Source: an uncultured bacterium (GTDB lineage: Bacteria > T1Sed10-126). From it: a DNA stretch of 26,509 nt. Location: the NCBI GenBank assembly GCA_964566495.1, contig CAZMIT010000010.1, positions 1 to 26,509 on the forward strand. Reading direction: 5' to 3'. The notes under the pieces were generated by a model. The model was not told where the DNA came from and ran no database searches. It saw only the letters and a list, made by a program, of their open reading frames with translations. Numbering within the stretch: the first letter of the stretch is position 1; each line of letters begins with the position of its first letter. The translations under genes and the position numbers were made by a program. Below are positions 7,866 through 17,098 of the stretch, in pieces.

Positions 7866-9041
7866 TTATTTTATACGCATGAACGTCGGAATATTGAGAT
7901 CATCTTCTTCTTTGTCACCGGGTTTTTCCGGATCTTCGTTAACAACCTCAACCTGTTCTTCTTCCTTACGCTCCCAGGCGGGCTTGTCAAGATCACGATC
8001 GGAAAAATCCTCAACCCGGTAGACGTTGTCGCGGCTGCGAGATGAGCGCTGCTGGCGTTGATCGCCGGCGGGAAATCCGGTGGCAATGACGGTTACCCGG
8101 ACTACGTCCAGGTCAGAACGCAGGGTTTGACCGGCAATGACGTTAGCCTCGTCGGCCGCTTTCTCCCGAACAAGGTTAATAGCTTCTCTAACTTCAATCG
8201 CAGTAATGTCATCGCGACCCATGATATTGACAATAACTCCACTAGCGCCGTCAATATCATTAGTTTCCAGCAGTGGACAGTGCAGAGCCTCACGGGCGGC
8301 TTCGACTGCGGCTTTTTCCCCATTGGCCTCGCCAATACCCATAAGGGCGTCACCTTTTTCCTTCATAATCGTCTGCACATCAGCGAAATCGAGGTTGACA
8401 TCTCCTTCTTCAACAATAAGTTCAGAGATCCCCTGCACTCCCTGGTAGAGCACCTGGTCAGCGATTTTAAAGGAGTCAAGGAAAGAAGTGCCATCATCGA
8501 TCACTTCAAAGAGCCGTTCGTTGGGAACGACGATAAGTGTGTCAACGCTCTCGCGAAGCTGCTTGATACCCGCATCAGCGTTTTTATGACGCCGCTGCCC
8601 TTCATATTCAAATGGGCGAGTTACAACACCGATAGTAAGAATACCAAGCTCTTCCTTAGCCATATCAGCAATCACGGGAGCGGCTCCAGTTCCAGTTCCG
8701 CCGCCCATACCGGCAGTCACAAACAGCAAATCAGCGCCGTCAATAGACTCTTTAATTTCTTCCCGGCTCTTACGCGCGGCTTTTAAACCAACTTTGGGAT
8801 CAGCGCCAGCACCCAGGCCGTCGGCATTGCCATCGGTGATACGCAGCTTGTTATCAGCCTCGGTCTGCTGCAGGTCCTGAGCGTCGGTATTAACCGCTAT
8901 AAACTCAACCCCTTTAACGCCGGCATTTTTCATCCGAGAAACGGCGTTATTGCCCCCGCCGCCAACTCCAACCACCTTTATTTCGGTTGGGTTGTTCAGC
9001 TCCTCGTCGTCAAATTCAAATAGCTCTTCGTCAATCGCCAT
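7866..9041 (-). CDS. ftsZ: Cell division GTPase FtsZ
   Basis: IKVVGVGGGGNNAV, signature GMGGGTGTG, T7 loop NLDFAD and C-terminal LNIPTFMR. Start moved from 9056 to the ATG at 9041, which has SD GGAGG. Confidence 0.98.
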   Translation of the reverse strand: MAIDEELFEFDDEELNNPTEIKVVGVGGGGNNAVSRMKNAGVKGVEFIAVNTDAQDLQQTEADNKLRITDGNADGLGAGADPKVGLKAARKSREEIKESIDGADLLFVTAGMGGGTGTGAAPVIADMAKEELGILTIGVVTRPFEYEGQRRHKNADAGIKQLRESVDTLIVVPNERLFEVIDDGTSFLDSFKIADQVLYQGVQGISELIVEEGDVNLDFADVQTIMKEKGDALMGIGEANGEKAAVEAAREALHCPLLETNDIDGASGVIVNIMGRDDITAIEVREAINLVREKAADEANVIAGQTLRSDLDVVRVTVIATGFPAGDQRQQRSSRSRDNVYRVEDFSDRDLDKPAWERKEEEQVEVVNEDPEKPGDKEEDDLNIPTFMRIK

Positions 9042-9237
9042 CTTTACTACCTCCAAATTTAATTATGTGGTTTAATTGAATTCAGTTGATCGTTCAGCCG
9101 GTTACAACTCACCTCCGGATTGAAATATCATGATCTCTCGTCCCTGATTCTTTAGTTCTAAATTCAGTCCAAAAAGTCCTCTTTGCTGGCGTGAGAGGGT
9201 CAACCTGCCCCTTTGTTTTGGGGAAGGCTTAGTCACC

Positions 9238-10500
9238 TCATCCACTAATTAATGAACTTACTTCGCCAAACCACTCCTTCATGCGGCTGGACACCTCACC
9301 AATGAGGCTTCCCTCACCGGACATAGTAGAGTAGCTCCCGGCCTGCTCAGCCTGTTGAAATCCGTATTTAACCAGGCCAACGCCGGTAGCATATTTAGGA
9401 TTGTTCACCGCTTCAATAAGACCGGAAACGCCCCAGGGTTCACCGAGACGAACCGGCATGTCAACAATCTGTTCGGCCAGCTCGGGAACGCCTTTCATGC
9501 CGGCAGCGCCTCCGGTAACAACCATCCCGGCAATAACTTCTTCACGGTAACCGGACTGCTTGATTTCATAATCAATGAACTTAAATATCTCTTCCATCCT
9601 TGGCTGAATAATTTCGCACAGACTGCGGCGGCTGACATTACGTGGTTCACGACCGCCAACGGATGGAACCTCAATCATTTCATCATCGGGAACCATGTCA
9701 ACCATGGCACAACCGTGATTTATCTTCACCATCTCAGCATCCTGGGAAGCTGTACAAAGACCCTTCATCACGTCCTGCGTAACGTGTTCACCACCGAGAG
9801 CAATAACTTTTGAATCGTAGACCGAACCTTCGTTAAAGAGTGAAATATCACTGGTCCCGCCACCAATATCAACGAGACAGACGCCAAGTTCTTTTTCGTC
9901 GGGGTCTAATACGGCGAGACTTGAAGCCAGAGGCTCCAGTATAATATCCTCGACATCATAACCGGCCTGGTGAACACTTTTTACAATATTCTGGGTAGCC
10001 GTAATATCTGCAGTCACAAGGTGTACGTCGGCTTCCAGACGAACTCCGTTCATTCCAACCGGGTCCTCAATTGAGTCCTGTCCGTCAACATAAAACTCCT
10101 GAGGGATGACGTGAATTATCTCCCGCTCTTTCTCGCCGGAGATATGTATAGAAGTAGCGGCGTCAACAACCCGTTCGACGTCTTTTTCAGTAATTTGACG
10201 GGTATCGTTAGAGATAGCAATAACCCCGGGGCTGTTTATGCTTTTGATATGCTTGCCAGCCATCCCCACGTAAACGCTATGCACATCCACCCCGGCCATT
10301 AGCTGTGCCTCCTCCACAGCCTTAGTTATAGACTCAACGGTGTCGGCTACATTTACTACCATTCCACGGTGAAGTCCACGTGACGGACGGTCACCGACAC
10401 CGATAATCTCAACCTCGCCGTCCCGATTCTTCTCCCCGATAATGGCACATACCTTGGTAGTGCCTATATCGAGACCAACAACGTAATCGTCCTGCGGCAT
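9238..10500 (-). CDS. ftsA: Cell division protein FtsA
   Basis: VGLDIGTTKV, DPVGMNGVRLE, DIGGGTSD, VTGG and PKYATGVGL motifs, plus C-terminal amphipathic MKEWF. Lies upstream of ftsZ. Confidence 0.97.
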   Translation of the reverse strand: MPQDDYVVGLDIGTTKVCAIIGEKNRDGEVEIIGVGDRPSRGLHRGMVVNVADTVESITKAVEEAQLMAGVDVHSVYVGMAGKHIKSINSPGVIAISNDTRQITEKDVERVVDAATSIHISGEKEREIIHVIPQEFYVDGQDSIEDPVGMNGVRLEADVHLVTADITATQNIVKSVHQAGYDVEDIILEPLASSLAVLDPDEKELGVCLVDIGGGTSDISLFNEGSVYDSKVIALGGEHVTQDVMKGLCTASQDAEMVKINHGCAMVDMVPDDEMIEVPSVGGREPRNVSRRSLCEIIQPRMEEIFKFIDYEIKQSGYREEVIAGMVVTGGAAGMKGVPELAEQIVDMPVRLGEPWGVSGLIEAVNNPKYATGVGLVKYGFQQAEQAGSYSTMSGEGSLIGEVSSRMKEWFGEVSSLISG

Positions 10501-10546
10501 AGTAACTCACCTTCCTTAAAAAATTCTAAAATTACTCAGTTATCTG

Positions 10547-11434
10547 TTATCGAGCCCGGATATCCTCCAGGTTGCTAAGATCAATATAATCTTCAATCTG
10601 GTAAAAACCCTCGCGACTCATAATGTCATATAGTTCAAGAACTTTTTCGTCAAAATTTTCTCTACCAAAATGAACTTCAATTTGATTGGGACGGGACAGC
10701 TCTACGACAAGCGAGCCGCCGGGATTAAAAATGTATTTTTGTTCGACCGGGTCATCAAACATAGTTTCAAAAGCCTCTCTAACCCGGGAAAAGCTTTCCC
10801 ACCTCTTCCTGTATTTGTCCGTCTCCTCGGCGAGAGTTTCCAGGCCGTAGACAGGGATTAAATTTTCAAGCATCCATTCCCGCTCGTCGGGCCGGGGGTT
10901 AAACAAAACCCCCCGCCGATCTGCAGGTAGATAGCCTAATCTCTCGTTAACCCGTCGAGCCACCCGGGCATAAGGCTCCCGTTCATCAACCTCAATCCGC
11001 AACGTACGCGGCAGAATTCTCCCAACCTTCACGTCACGAAAACGATCGAAGGAGTCCCGCAATCGCTCTTCGACAGCTTCCGGTGAAATCACAAACAGAC
11101 TGACTGTTTCTCCCTCTGTTGTCCGCAGAGCCCAATTTCCGGCGGGGTGGGCATTATTATTCTCTGCTGCATCACTATCGCTCAGCAGCCGACGGATTTC
11201 AGTGGTGCTTATCGTTTCGTTGTTGTGAACCTCAAGCTGAACCGACAGTTGTTTCGAGGTGCGAGCAAAACTGACAAAGTCATAGACCAGCAAAGACAGT
11301 ACAAGCACCAGCAGGAGCAAGCCAAGAACATAGAGAAATATTTTGCCCGATAGCAAGTATTTACGCGGTTCAAAACCGTCAAAAAAACTTTGTTGACGTC
11401 GGTGACTTTTTTTAGGATCTACGTTGGGACTCAT
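10547..11434 (-). CDS. ftsQ: Cell division protein FtsQ/DivIB (divergent)
   Basis: Single N-terminal TM helix, POTRA-like V.V.R.LP.TLRIEVDEREP and C-terminal YIDL. Canonical position between ddl and ftsA. Confidence 0.8.
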   Translation of the reverse strand: MSPNVDPKKSHRRQQSFFDGFEPRKYLLSGKIFLYVLGLLLLVLVLSLLVYDFVSFARTSKQLSVQLEVHNNETISTTEIRRLLSDSDAAENNNAHPAGNWALRTTEGETVSLFVISPEAVEERLRDSFDRFRDVKVGRILPRTLRIEVDEREPYARVARRVNERLGYLPADRRGVLFNPRPDEREWMLENLIPVYGLETLAEETDKYRKRWESFSRVREAFETMFDDPVEQKYIFNPGGSLVVELSRPNQIEVHFGRENFDEKVLELYDIMSREGFYQIEDYIDLSNLEDIRAR

Positions 11435-12360
11435 TTATATCCCTCCAGGGCCCGGCAAACAAGCCCCCAGATAAGTTCCGGAAAATCAGTGCCTGCCGCC
11501 TCGGCCGCCATGGGAAGCAGCGAAGTCGCGGTCATTCCGGGGATAGTATTTATTTCGAGCAATTTCGGGTCCTCTTCCTTGTCCAGCAGATAGTCAACCC
11601 GGCAAAGACTCTTCGTTTGAAAAGCAGTTACCGCCCGTCGAGTAAACTTACGCAACTTTTCAACAACTTCTCGATCCAGGGGCGCCGGAACGTCGTATTC
11701 AGTGAGTCCTTTGGTATATTTTGTCTCAAAATCAAAAAACTCATGGGAAGGACGTATTCCAACCGGTGGCAGCAGCTCAAACTGATCAAGCGTGACAGCG
11801 CCGACTGTAACTTCATAGCCCTCTATATACTCCTCGACCAGAACCTCGCTGTCGTATCTTCTGGCCGCTTCTACGGCTTCTGACAACTCATCCGCTTCAA
11901 CAATAGAAAGACCGATGCTACTGCCCTCACAGCGCGGCTTAACAACCAAGCGCTCAAACTTTTGCTTGCATACCGGGGCCTCGTCCGCTTCCAGAATGAA
12001 CCAGTCAGGGGTTGGCAGCTGCAGTTGCTCAACGATGAACTTGGTGTATATCTTATCCATGCAGATTGAACTGGCGGCGACACCAGGGCCAGTATAAGGG
12101 ATCCCGTGCCACTCCAGCATTCCCTGGATAACCCCGTCTTCTCCGCCGCGACCGTGCAGGGCTACAAAAGCCACATCAACTTCAGCCTGCCGCAACCGGG
12201 AGCCAAGATCAACCTCCGTATCAAACAGACTGACCTCAGCCGGCGACTCTTCAAGAGCCTCGGCCACAGCGTTCCCGGTCTTCAGCGAGACCTCTCGTTC
12301 TGCGGAATCACCACCACAAATAACAGCAACATGTTCCGGTTCTTTTACCATAATCACCAC
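11431..12360 (-). CDS. ddl: D-alanine--D-alanine ligase
   Basis: GGDSAEREVSL, LHGRGGEDG, EGSSIG, FFDFETKY and LEINTIPGMT. Alternative ATG start at 12351. Confidence 0.96.
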   Translation of the reverse strand: MVIMVKEPEHVAVICGGDSAEREVSLKTGNAVAEALEESPAEVSLFDTEVDLGSRLRQAEVDVAFVALHGRGGEDGVIQGMLEWHGIPYTGPGVAASSICMDKIYTKFIVEQLQLPTPDWFILEADEAPVCKQKFERLVVKPRCEGSSIGLSIVEADELSEAVEAARRYDSEVLVEEYIEGYEVTVGAVTLDQFELLPPVGIRPSHEFFDFETKYTKGLTEYDVPAPLDREVVEKLRKFTRRAVTAFQTKSLCRVDYLLDKEEDPKLLEINTIPGMTATSLLPMAAEAAGTDFPELIWGLVCRALEGYK

Positions 12361-12366
12361 TAACCG

Positions 12367-13224
12367 TTACTCAATAATTTTCAATTCAAGTTCAAGATCG
12401 ATGTCATAGTTATTGGAAATGCGGTGGCGCACACGCTTTATCAGCCGCAGGACGTCGGCGAAGCTGGCGCCACCGCAATTAATTATAAAGTTAGCATGCT
12501 TTTCCGATATCATAGCGTTATTCTCTCGCAACCCCTTCAGGCCGGCAGCATCAATAAGTGCGCCGGCACTCTCGCCAGGTGGATTTTTAAAAACTGAGCC
12601 GGCACTTTTGTCACCTAACGGCTGCGCCTGACGACGGCGTCGATGATTCTTTCTCAAAATTTCCCGTACCACCTCGGTCTCTTTGGGGGCGAGGGAAAAC
12701 TGGGCCTCGACAATTACACCGTCCTCCGGGAAGGGACTCTCCCGGTATGATAATTCCAGGTCCTCCCGTGATATTTTGTTACAACTCCCCCCTCGATCAA
12801 CAACGCGCACCCACTGAAGTTTGTCGGCCATTGAAGTCCCAAAAGCACCGGCATTCATCGCCACTGCGCCGCCGACAGTTGCCGGCAAACCGGCCGCCCA
12901 CTCAAAACCGGAGAGGCCCCGGCGAGCACATTCCGTAACAATTTTTGCCAGTCCAGCGCCGGCCCTGGCTCGCAAATGATTGCCGGCAAAATTAAATTGA
13001 CTGAACTGCTCACCAAATTTAACAAACCAGCCGGAAACCCTGTCGTCGCTCACAAGAAGATTACTCCCGCCTCCCAGGATATGAAGGCGACTGTTTAATT
13101 TGCCGGCTCGGGCCAATAACTCCTGGACCTCCGATATATTTTCCGGTTCATAAAAGCGTTCCGCGGTTCCCCCAATATCGATGGTGGTCAGTGGCGCCAG
13201 TGCTTTATTTTCAAACTGCCGCAT
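12367..13224 (-). CDS. murB: UDP-N-acetylenolpyruvoylglucosamine reductase
   Basis: LGGGSNLL, TVGGAVAMNAGAFG, YRES, SAGSVFKNP, KHANF and terminal LELE. Confidence 0.96.
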   Translation of the reverse strand: MRQFENKALAPLTTIDIGGTAERFYEPENISEVQELLARAGKLNSRLHILGGGSNLLVSDDRVSGWFVKFGEQFSQFNFAGNHLRARAGAGLAKIVTECARRGLSGFEWAAGLPATVGGAVAMNAGAFGTSMADKLQWVRVVDRGGSCNKISREDLELSYRESPFPEDGVIVEAQFSLAPKETEVVREILRKNHRRRRQAQPLGDKSAGSVFKNPPGESAGALIDAAGLKGLRENNAMISEKHANFIINCGGASFADVLRLIKRVRHRISNNYDIDLELELKIIE

Positions 13225-14623
13225 CTTTTAACTCCCTCAACTTACGGGCGATCCGGTCTTGAATTGGTTCCGCATATTGAACGACATCGCCAGCACCAAG
13301 CGTGAATAGCACCTGAGGCTTATGGGGATTGAACACTTCTTCAACCCACTCGAGAACCTGGTCCCGACTGGCGGCAAAGGCAGTTGTTTCAGGAGAACAA
13401 TGTTTAAGAATTTTATTCCTCAGGAAATCAAGATCAACGCCCGGCAGTGGCTCCTCACCGGCAGCGTAGACGTCTGTAACACAGAGCCGGTCGGCCACTT
13501 CCAGCGCCGGGCCAAATTTATCGGCCAGCATCTTTGTGCGCGAATAGCGGTGCGGTTGAAAAACGACCAGCAGTTCGGCTTCAAAGCTGTTCGCGGCAGC
13601 GCCGAGCGTATTTCTTATCTCAGTCGGGTGATGAGCATAATCGTCGTAGATGGTGAATTTTTCCACCCGACCCTTATAGTCAAAACGTCTCGCCACCCCC
13701 TCGAAAGTTTCGAAGGCTTCCTCTATTTTTTGAAAACTAATCCCCATTTCAAGTGCCAGGGCAGTCGAGGCCAGGGCGTTTTGAACGTTGAAGTCCCCGG
13801 GGAGAGGTAACAATAACTCGCCGATTTCCTCTCCCTCTAACTGGACGGTAAAAGTCTGTTTGCCATTTTTTTGTCGGCAATTTACAGCCCGCAGCTGATT
13901 ATGCTCTCCAAGCCCATACGTCTGATGAGGTTTAGTAACTTTCGGTAGTAACTTCCTCAACCGGGGGTCGTCGCCGCAAATTGCGGTAAATCCGTAAAAC
14001 GGAACGGAATTTATAAAATCCAAAAAAGCCTGTTCAAGTTTTTTCATCGTGCCAAAATAGTCCAGGTGATCGTCCTCTATGTTGGTCACAGCACTAAGTA
14101 CAGGCATCAATTTTAAGAAGGAGCCATCCGACTCGTCGGCCTCAACCACAATGTGGTTACCACTGCCAAGCCGGGCGCCAATACCGAGGTTGTGCATCCG
14201 TCCCCCTACAACAACCGTAGGATCATATTCCGCCGTCCGTAGAAGATGAGACATCATCGCTGTGGTAGTGGTTTTACCATGAGTGCCGGCGATAGCCACC
14301 CCCTTTTTCAACCGCATTAACTCAGCCAGCATCTCTGCCCGGGGGATGACCGGGATTGATCGCTCGCGAGCCGCCTGAATTTCACAATTTTCATCTTCGA
14401 CTGCCGAAGTCCTAACAACCACGTCGGCACCGTCAACATTTTCTTCAGCATGGCCGATGGTGATTTGTGCTCCACGGCGCCGTAAGTTTCTAACCCGGGC
14501 GTTCTCCTGGATATCCGAGCCGCTGACATTGTAGCCGAGTGTCAGCAGAACCTCGGCGATACCACTCATACCAACGCCCCCAATGCCAACGAAATGAATC
14601 GACTGGGTGCTTCGAAACTCCAT
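13211..14623 (-). CDS. murC: UDP-N-acetylmuramate--L-alanine ligase
   Basis: HFVGIGGVGMSGIA, GTHGKTTT, EADESD, DDYAHHPTE, FQPHRYSR and GAGD. Confidence 0.97.
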   Translation of the reverse strand: MEFRSTQSIHFVGIGGVGMSGIAEVLLTLGYNVSGSDIQENARVRNLRRRGAQITIGHAEENVDGADVVVRTSAVEDENCEIQAARERSIPVIPRAEMLAELMRLKKGVAIAGTHGKTTTTAMMSHLLRTAEYDPTVVVGGRMHNLGIGARLGSGNHIVVEADESDGSFLKLMPVLSAVTNIEDDHLDYFGTMKKLEQAFLDFINSVPFYGFTAICGDDPRLRKLLPKVTKPHQTYGLGEHNQLRAVNCRQKNGKQTFTVQLEGEEIGELLLPLPGDFNVQNALASTALALEMGISFQKIEEAFETFEGVARRFDYKGRVEKFTIYDDYAHHPTEIRNTLGAAANSFEAELLVVFQPHRYSRTKMLADKFGPALEVADRLCVTDVYAAGEEPLPGVDLDFLRNKILKHCSPETTAFAASRDQVLEWVEEVFNPHKPQVLFTLGAGDVVQYAEPIQDRIARKLRELKDAAV

Positions 14624-14625
14624 CC

Positions 14626-15711
14626 TCAGCGCCTCCCGGAAATGTTTAAAACTGTACCAACAGCGATCATATTAACCACAAGCGAAGTACCCCCGTAACT
14701 GATAAAAGGCATGGGAACGCCGGTCGTTGGTAATATTCCAATAACGACAGCCAGATTCATTACCCCCTGTAGAGCTATTAAAGCTGTCATGCTGACACCC
14801 AGCATACGGGTATATGGAGAACTAGTTTGGAGACTGACGGTTATACCACGGTATACCAGATAGAACAACAAACTGAGCAAAATTACAATTCCAATCAGAC
14901 CGAGCTCTTCGCCCAACACTGCAACAATTGAATCGGTAAATGGTTCGGGGAGATAGCGGTGCACTCCGGTTCCTAACCCGCGTCCGAGAACACCACCGGA
15001 AGCCAGGGAGCGCATGAGATGAATTGACTGATAACCGCTTTCCAGGGGGTCAGCCCAGGGATTTATAAAGGCAACTATCCGCGCCCGACGATATCCGCTT
15101 ATAAAAATTGCAATACCAAGCACCGGAGTTAATAAAACCAGCAGTGAAAAAAGATGCCGATAGGCATAACCGGCGATGAAAAGCAAAATTATACTGGCAC
15201 TAAAAATTTGAATGGCCGAACTTAAATCGGGCTGCATTAAGACAAGCAGAGCCGGTATACCGCCCAGAATACAGACAGATAAAAGATCGCGAAAGGCCGT
15301 TTTCTCACTCTGTTCAACTCGTGTCAAATAGAGGGTCCCGGCCAAAATAACGCTCAATTTAGCCAGTTCAGCCGGTTGAAACCCAAACAACCCCAGATCC
15401 AACCAGCGCCTTGAACCACGGGTCATGACACCAACAAATGGTATTAATACCAGTAACAGCAGAATGATAACCGAAAAATAGAACAGAGGGGTGAGCTTTT
15501 TTATAACTTCAAGCGGCGTAAAGGTAATCCCCAGACAAACGGAAAGAGCAATGATAATCCAGATTAGCTGGCGGTGGAAAAAGTATGGAGTTTGACCCAC
15601 CAGCTCATAAGCTTCAATGGCACTGGAACTATAGATCATGACTAACCCAAGCCCCGTTAGAATCAGAGTAACCAGTAACATGGACCAATCAACCTCAGAA
15701 ATTTTACGCAC
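14626..15711 (-). CDS. ftsW: SEDS peptidoglycan polymerase FtsW
   Basis: Multi-TM protein with RRW, FQPAELAK, QPD, LPEPFTD (catalytic Asp), EELG and PFISYGG. Confidence 0.94.
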   Translation of the reverse strand: MRKISEVDWSMLLVTLILTGLGLVMIYSSSAIEAYELVGQTPYFFHRQLIWIIIALSVCLGITFTPLEVIKKLTPLFYFSVIILLLLVLIPFVGVMTRGSRRWLDLGLFGFQPAELAKLSVILAGTLYLTRVEQSEKTAFRDLLSVCILGGIPALLVLMQPDLSSAIQIFSASIILLFIAGYAYRHLFSLLVLLTPVLGIAIFISGYRRARIVAFINPWADPLESGYQSIHLMRSLASGGVLGRGLGTGVHRYLPEPFTDSIVAVLGEELGLIGIVILLSLLFYLVYRGITVSLQTSSPYTRMLGVSMTALIALQGVMNLAVVIGILPTTGVPMPFISYGGTSLVVNMIAVGTVLNISGRR

Positions 15712-17098
15712 TCCCGGTTACCTCCCTTGTCCAGCGGCGAAAACATCGACCACGTTCGCGGTAATTATCAAACGCATCAAAGCTGGTCGCGCCAGGCGAA
15801 AGAAGAACTGTTGTCTCATCGCCGGCCTGTTCTACAAGGTTTTTAACTGCTCGCTCCCAGTCAGTGAATTCGATAGCGTTCAAGCCCTTCTCGCTACAAC
15901 CCTGCTTTAGCCGCTCCTGCAGTGATTTTTCAGCACATAAGTATAAATTTTGCAAATCAGCGCCTCGATCCTTCAGTAGTTGTAAAAGTTCCCCAAACTC
16001 CGCCCCTTTATCGCCACCGCCGAGGATAAGACTAAATTTGCCCGGAGTGGCTTCAACAAGCGCTCTTGTTGAAGTCGGAGTCGTTCCCTTAGAGTCATTA
16101 ATAACCCGTTTTTCGCCGGCCTCGATCAGCTCAGCACGGTGCGGAGGCACGGAAAGCTGTGTGAGAGCAGAACGAAGAATTTGTTCGCGGGGCGGCGGTT
16201 GAACAATTCCCAGCGCAGCAAGTAAATTTTGTGGAAAAATATTTACTAAATGAGGGAACTCAGCAGCCGGGACCTGCAGGTCACCGTAACTCAAGCCAGA
16301 ATCTGTCCAGTTAACTTTGTAACCGGCTCCTCCGACGTGATTACGATCAAAATAAACTTTATCACTAACGTCGGTTCGAACAGCACCGTCTAAATCCGCA
16401 AGTTCGTGAGGAATACAGACACGACCGGAAGAGTTTGTCCGCTGCAGAAGCTCCCACTTGAGGTCATGGTATTCAGCCAGTGAATCGTGACGGTCCTGGT
16501 GGTCGTCCCCAAGGTTGGTGAGCAGGGCATAGTCGGGACTAAAGTCAACCATTGATTCGACTTGAAAACTACTTATTTCGACGACATAATTGGTCTGATC
16601 GCTGTCCTGCTCAAAAACAGCGTCAAGAAAAGGACGCCCCCGGTTACCACAAACGACTGTCTCTTTTCCCCGGGCCGCGAGCAGGGAACCGATTATTTCA
16701 ACACAGGTGCTTTTGCCGTTAGTCCCGGTGACCGCCCAGATTTTACCCGAGCAAAGGCTGTAAGCAAGTTCAACTTCTCCCTGGACAAGCACATTGCTCT
16801 GACGGGCCGCAGAGACGAGCCGATTGTCAACCGGCACCCCGGGACTGAGCACCAGCCGATCTAAATCAGCAGGGAGTTCTTCCGGCGAAAAGTACCACTC
16901 GGTTTTAGAAGAAGTGGCAGCCCTTGCCTCATCGAAATCAGCGGGTTCACCATCCTCCAGAACAATCAGATGATTAACCAGTGAGATCAGTCTCTCGACG
17001 ACAGAACGGCCCGTGCGTCCATAGCCATATACAGCCACTGTTTCGTTTTTTAACTCTTCGAAAAGATCGTGCCTGTTAGTCATTTCTTTCACCGTCAT
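15704..17098 (-). CDS. murD: UDP-N-acetylmuramoyl-L-alanine--D-glutamate ligase
   Basis: GYGRTG, SPGV, GTNGKST, EISSFQ, DHQDRH, NDSK, GGGDKG and LLSPGATSFD. ATGA overlap with mraY; alternative start at 17083. Confidence 0.95.
   Translation of the reverse strand: MTVKEMTNRHDLFEELKNETVAVYGYGRTGRSVVERLISLVNHLIVLEDGEPADFDEARAATSSKTEWYFSPEELPADLDRLVLSPGVPVDNRLVSAARQSNVLVQGEVELAYSLCSGKIWAVTGTNGKSTCVEIIGSLLAARGKETVVCGNRGRPFLDAVFEQDSDQTNYVVEISSFQVESMVDFSPDYALLTNLGDDHQDRHDSLAEYHDLKWELLQRTNSSGRVCIPHELADLDGAVRTDVSDKVYFDRNHVGGAGYKVNWTDSGLSYGDLQVPAAEFPHLVNIFPQNLLAALGIVQPPPREQILRSALTQLSVPPHRAELIEAGEKRVINDSKGTTPTSTRALVEATPGKFSLILGGGDKGAEFGELLQLLKDRGADLQNLYLCAEKSLQERLKQGCSEKGLNAIEFTDWERAVKNLVEQAGDETTVLLSPGATSFDAFDNYRERGRCFRRWTREVTGSA

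Noticed and set aside
8058..8786. 242-aa plus-strand ORF and similar antisense ORFs over ftsA, murC, murF, murE and nadA
   Set aside because: Antisense shadows of conserved genes, explained by codon bias.
11431..12360. VanH/VanA-like D-Ala-D-Lac system (D-2-hydroxyacid dehydrogenase plus ligase)
   Set aside because: Ddl keeps the omega-loop KY tyrosine typical of D-Ala-D-Ala ligases and sits in the normal dcw position. The dehydrogenase is 9 kb away and there is no vanX/vanRS.
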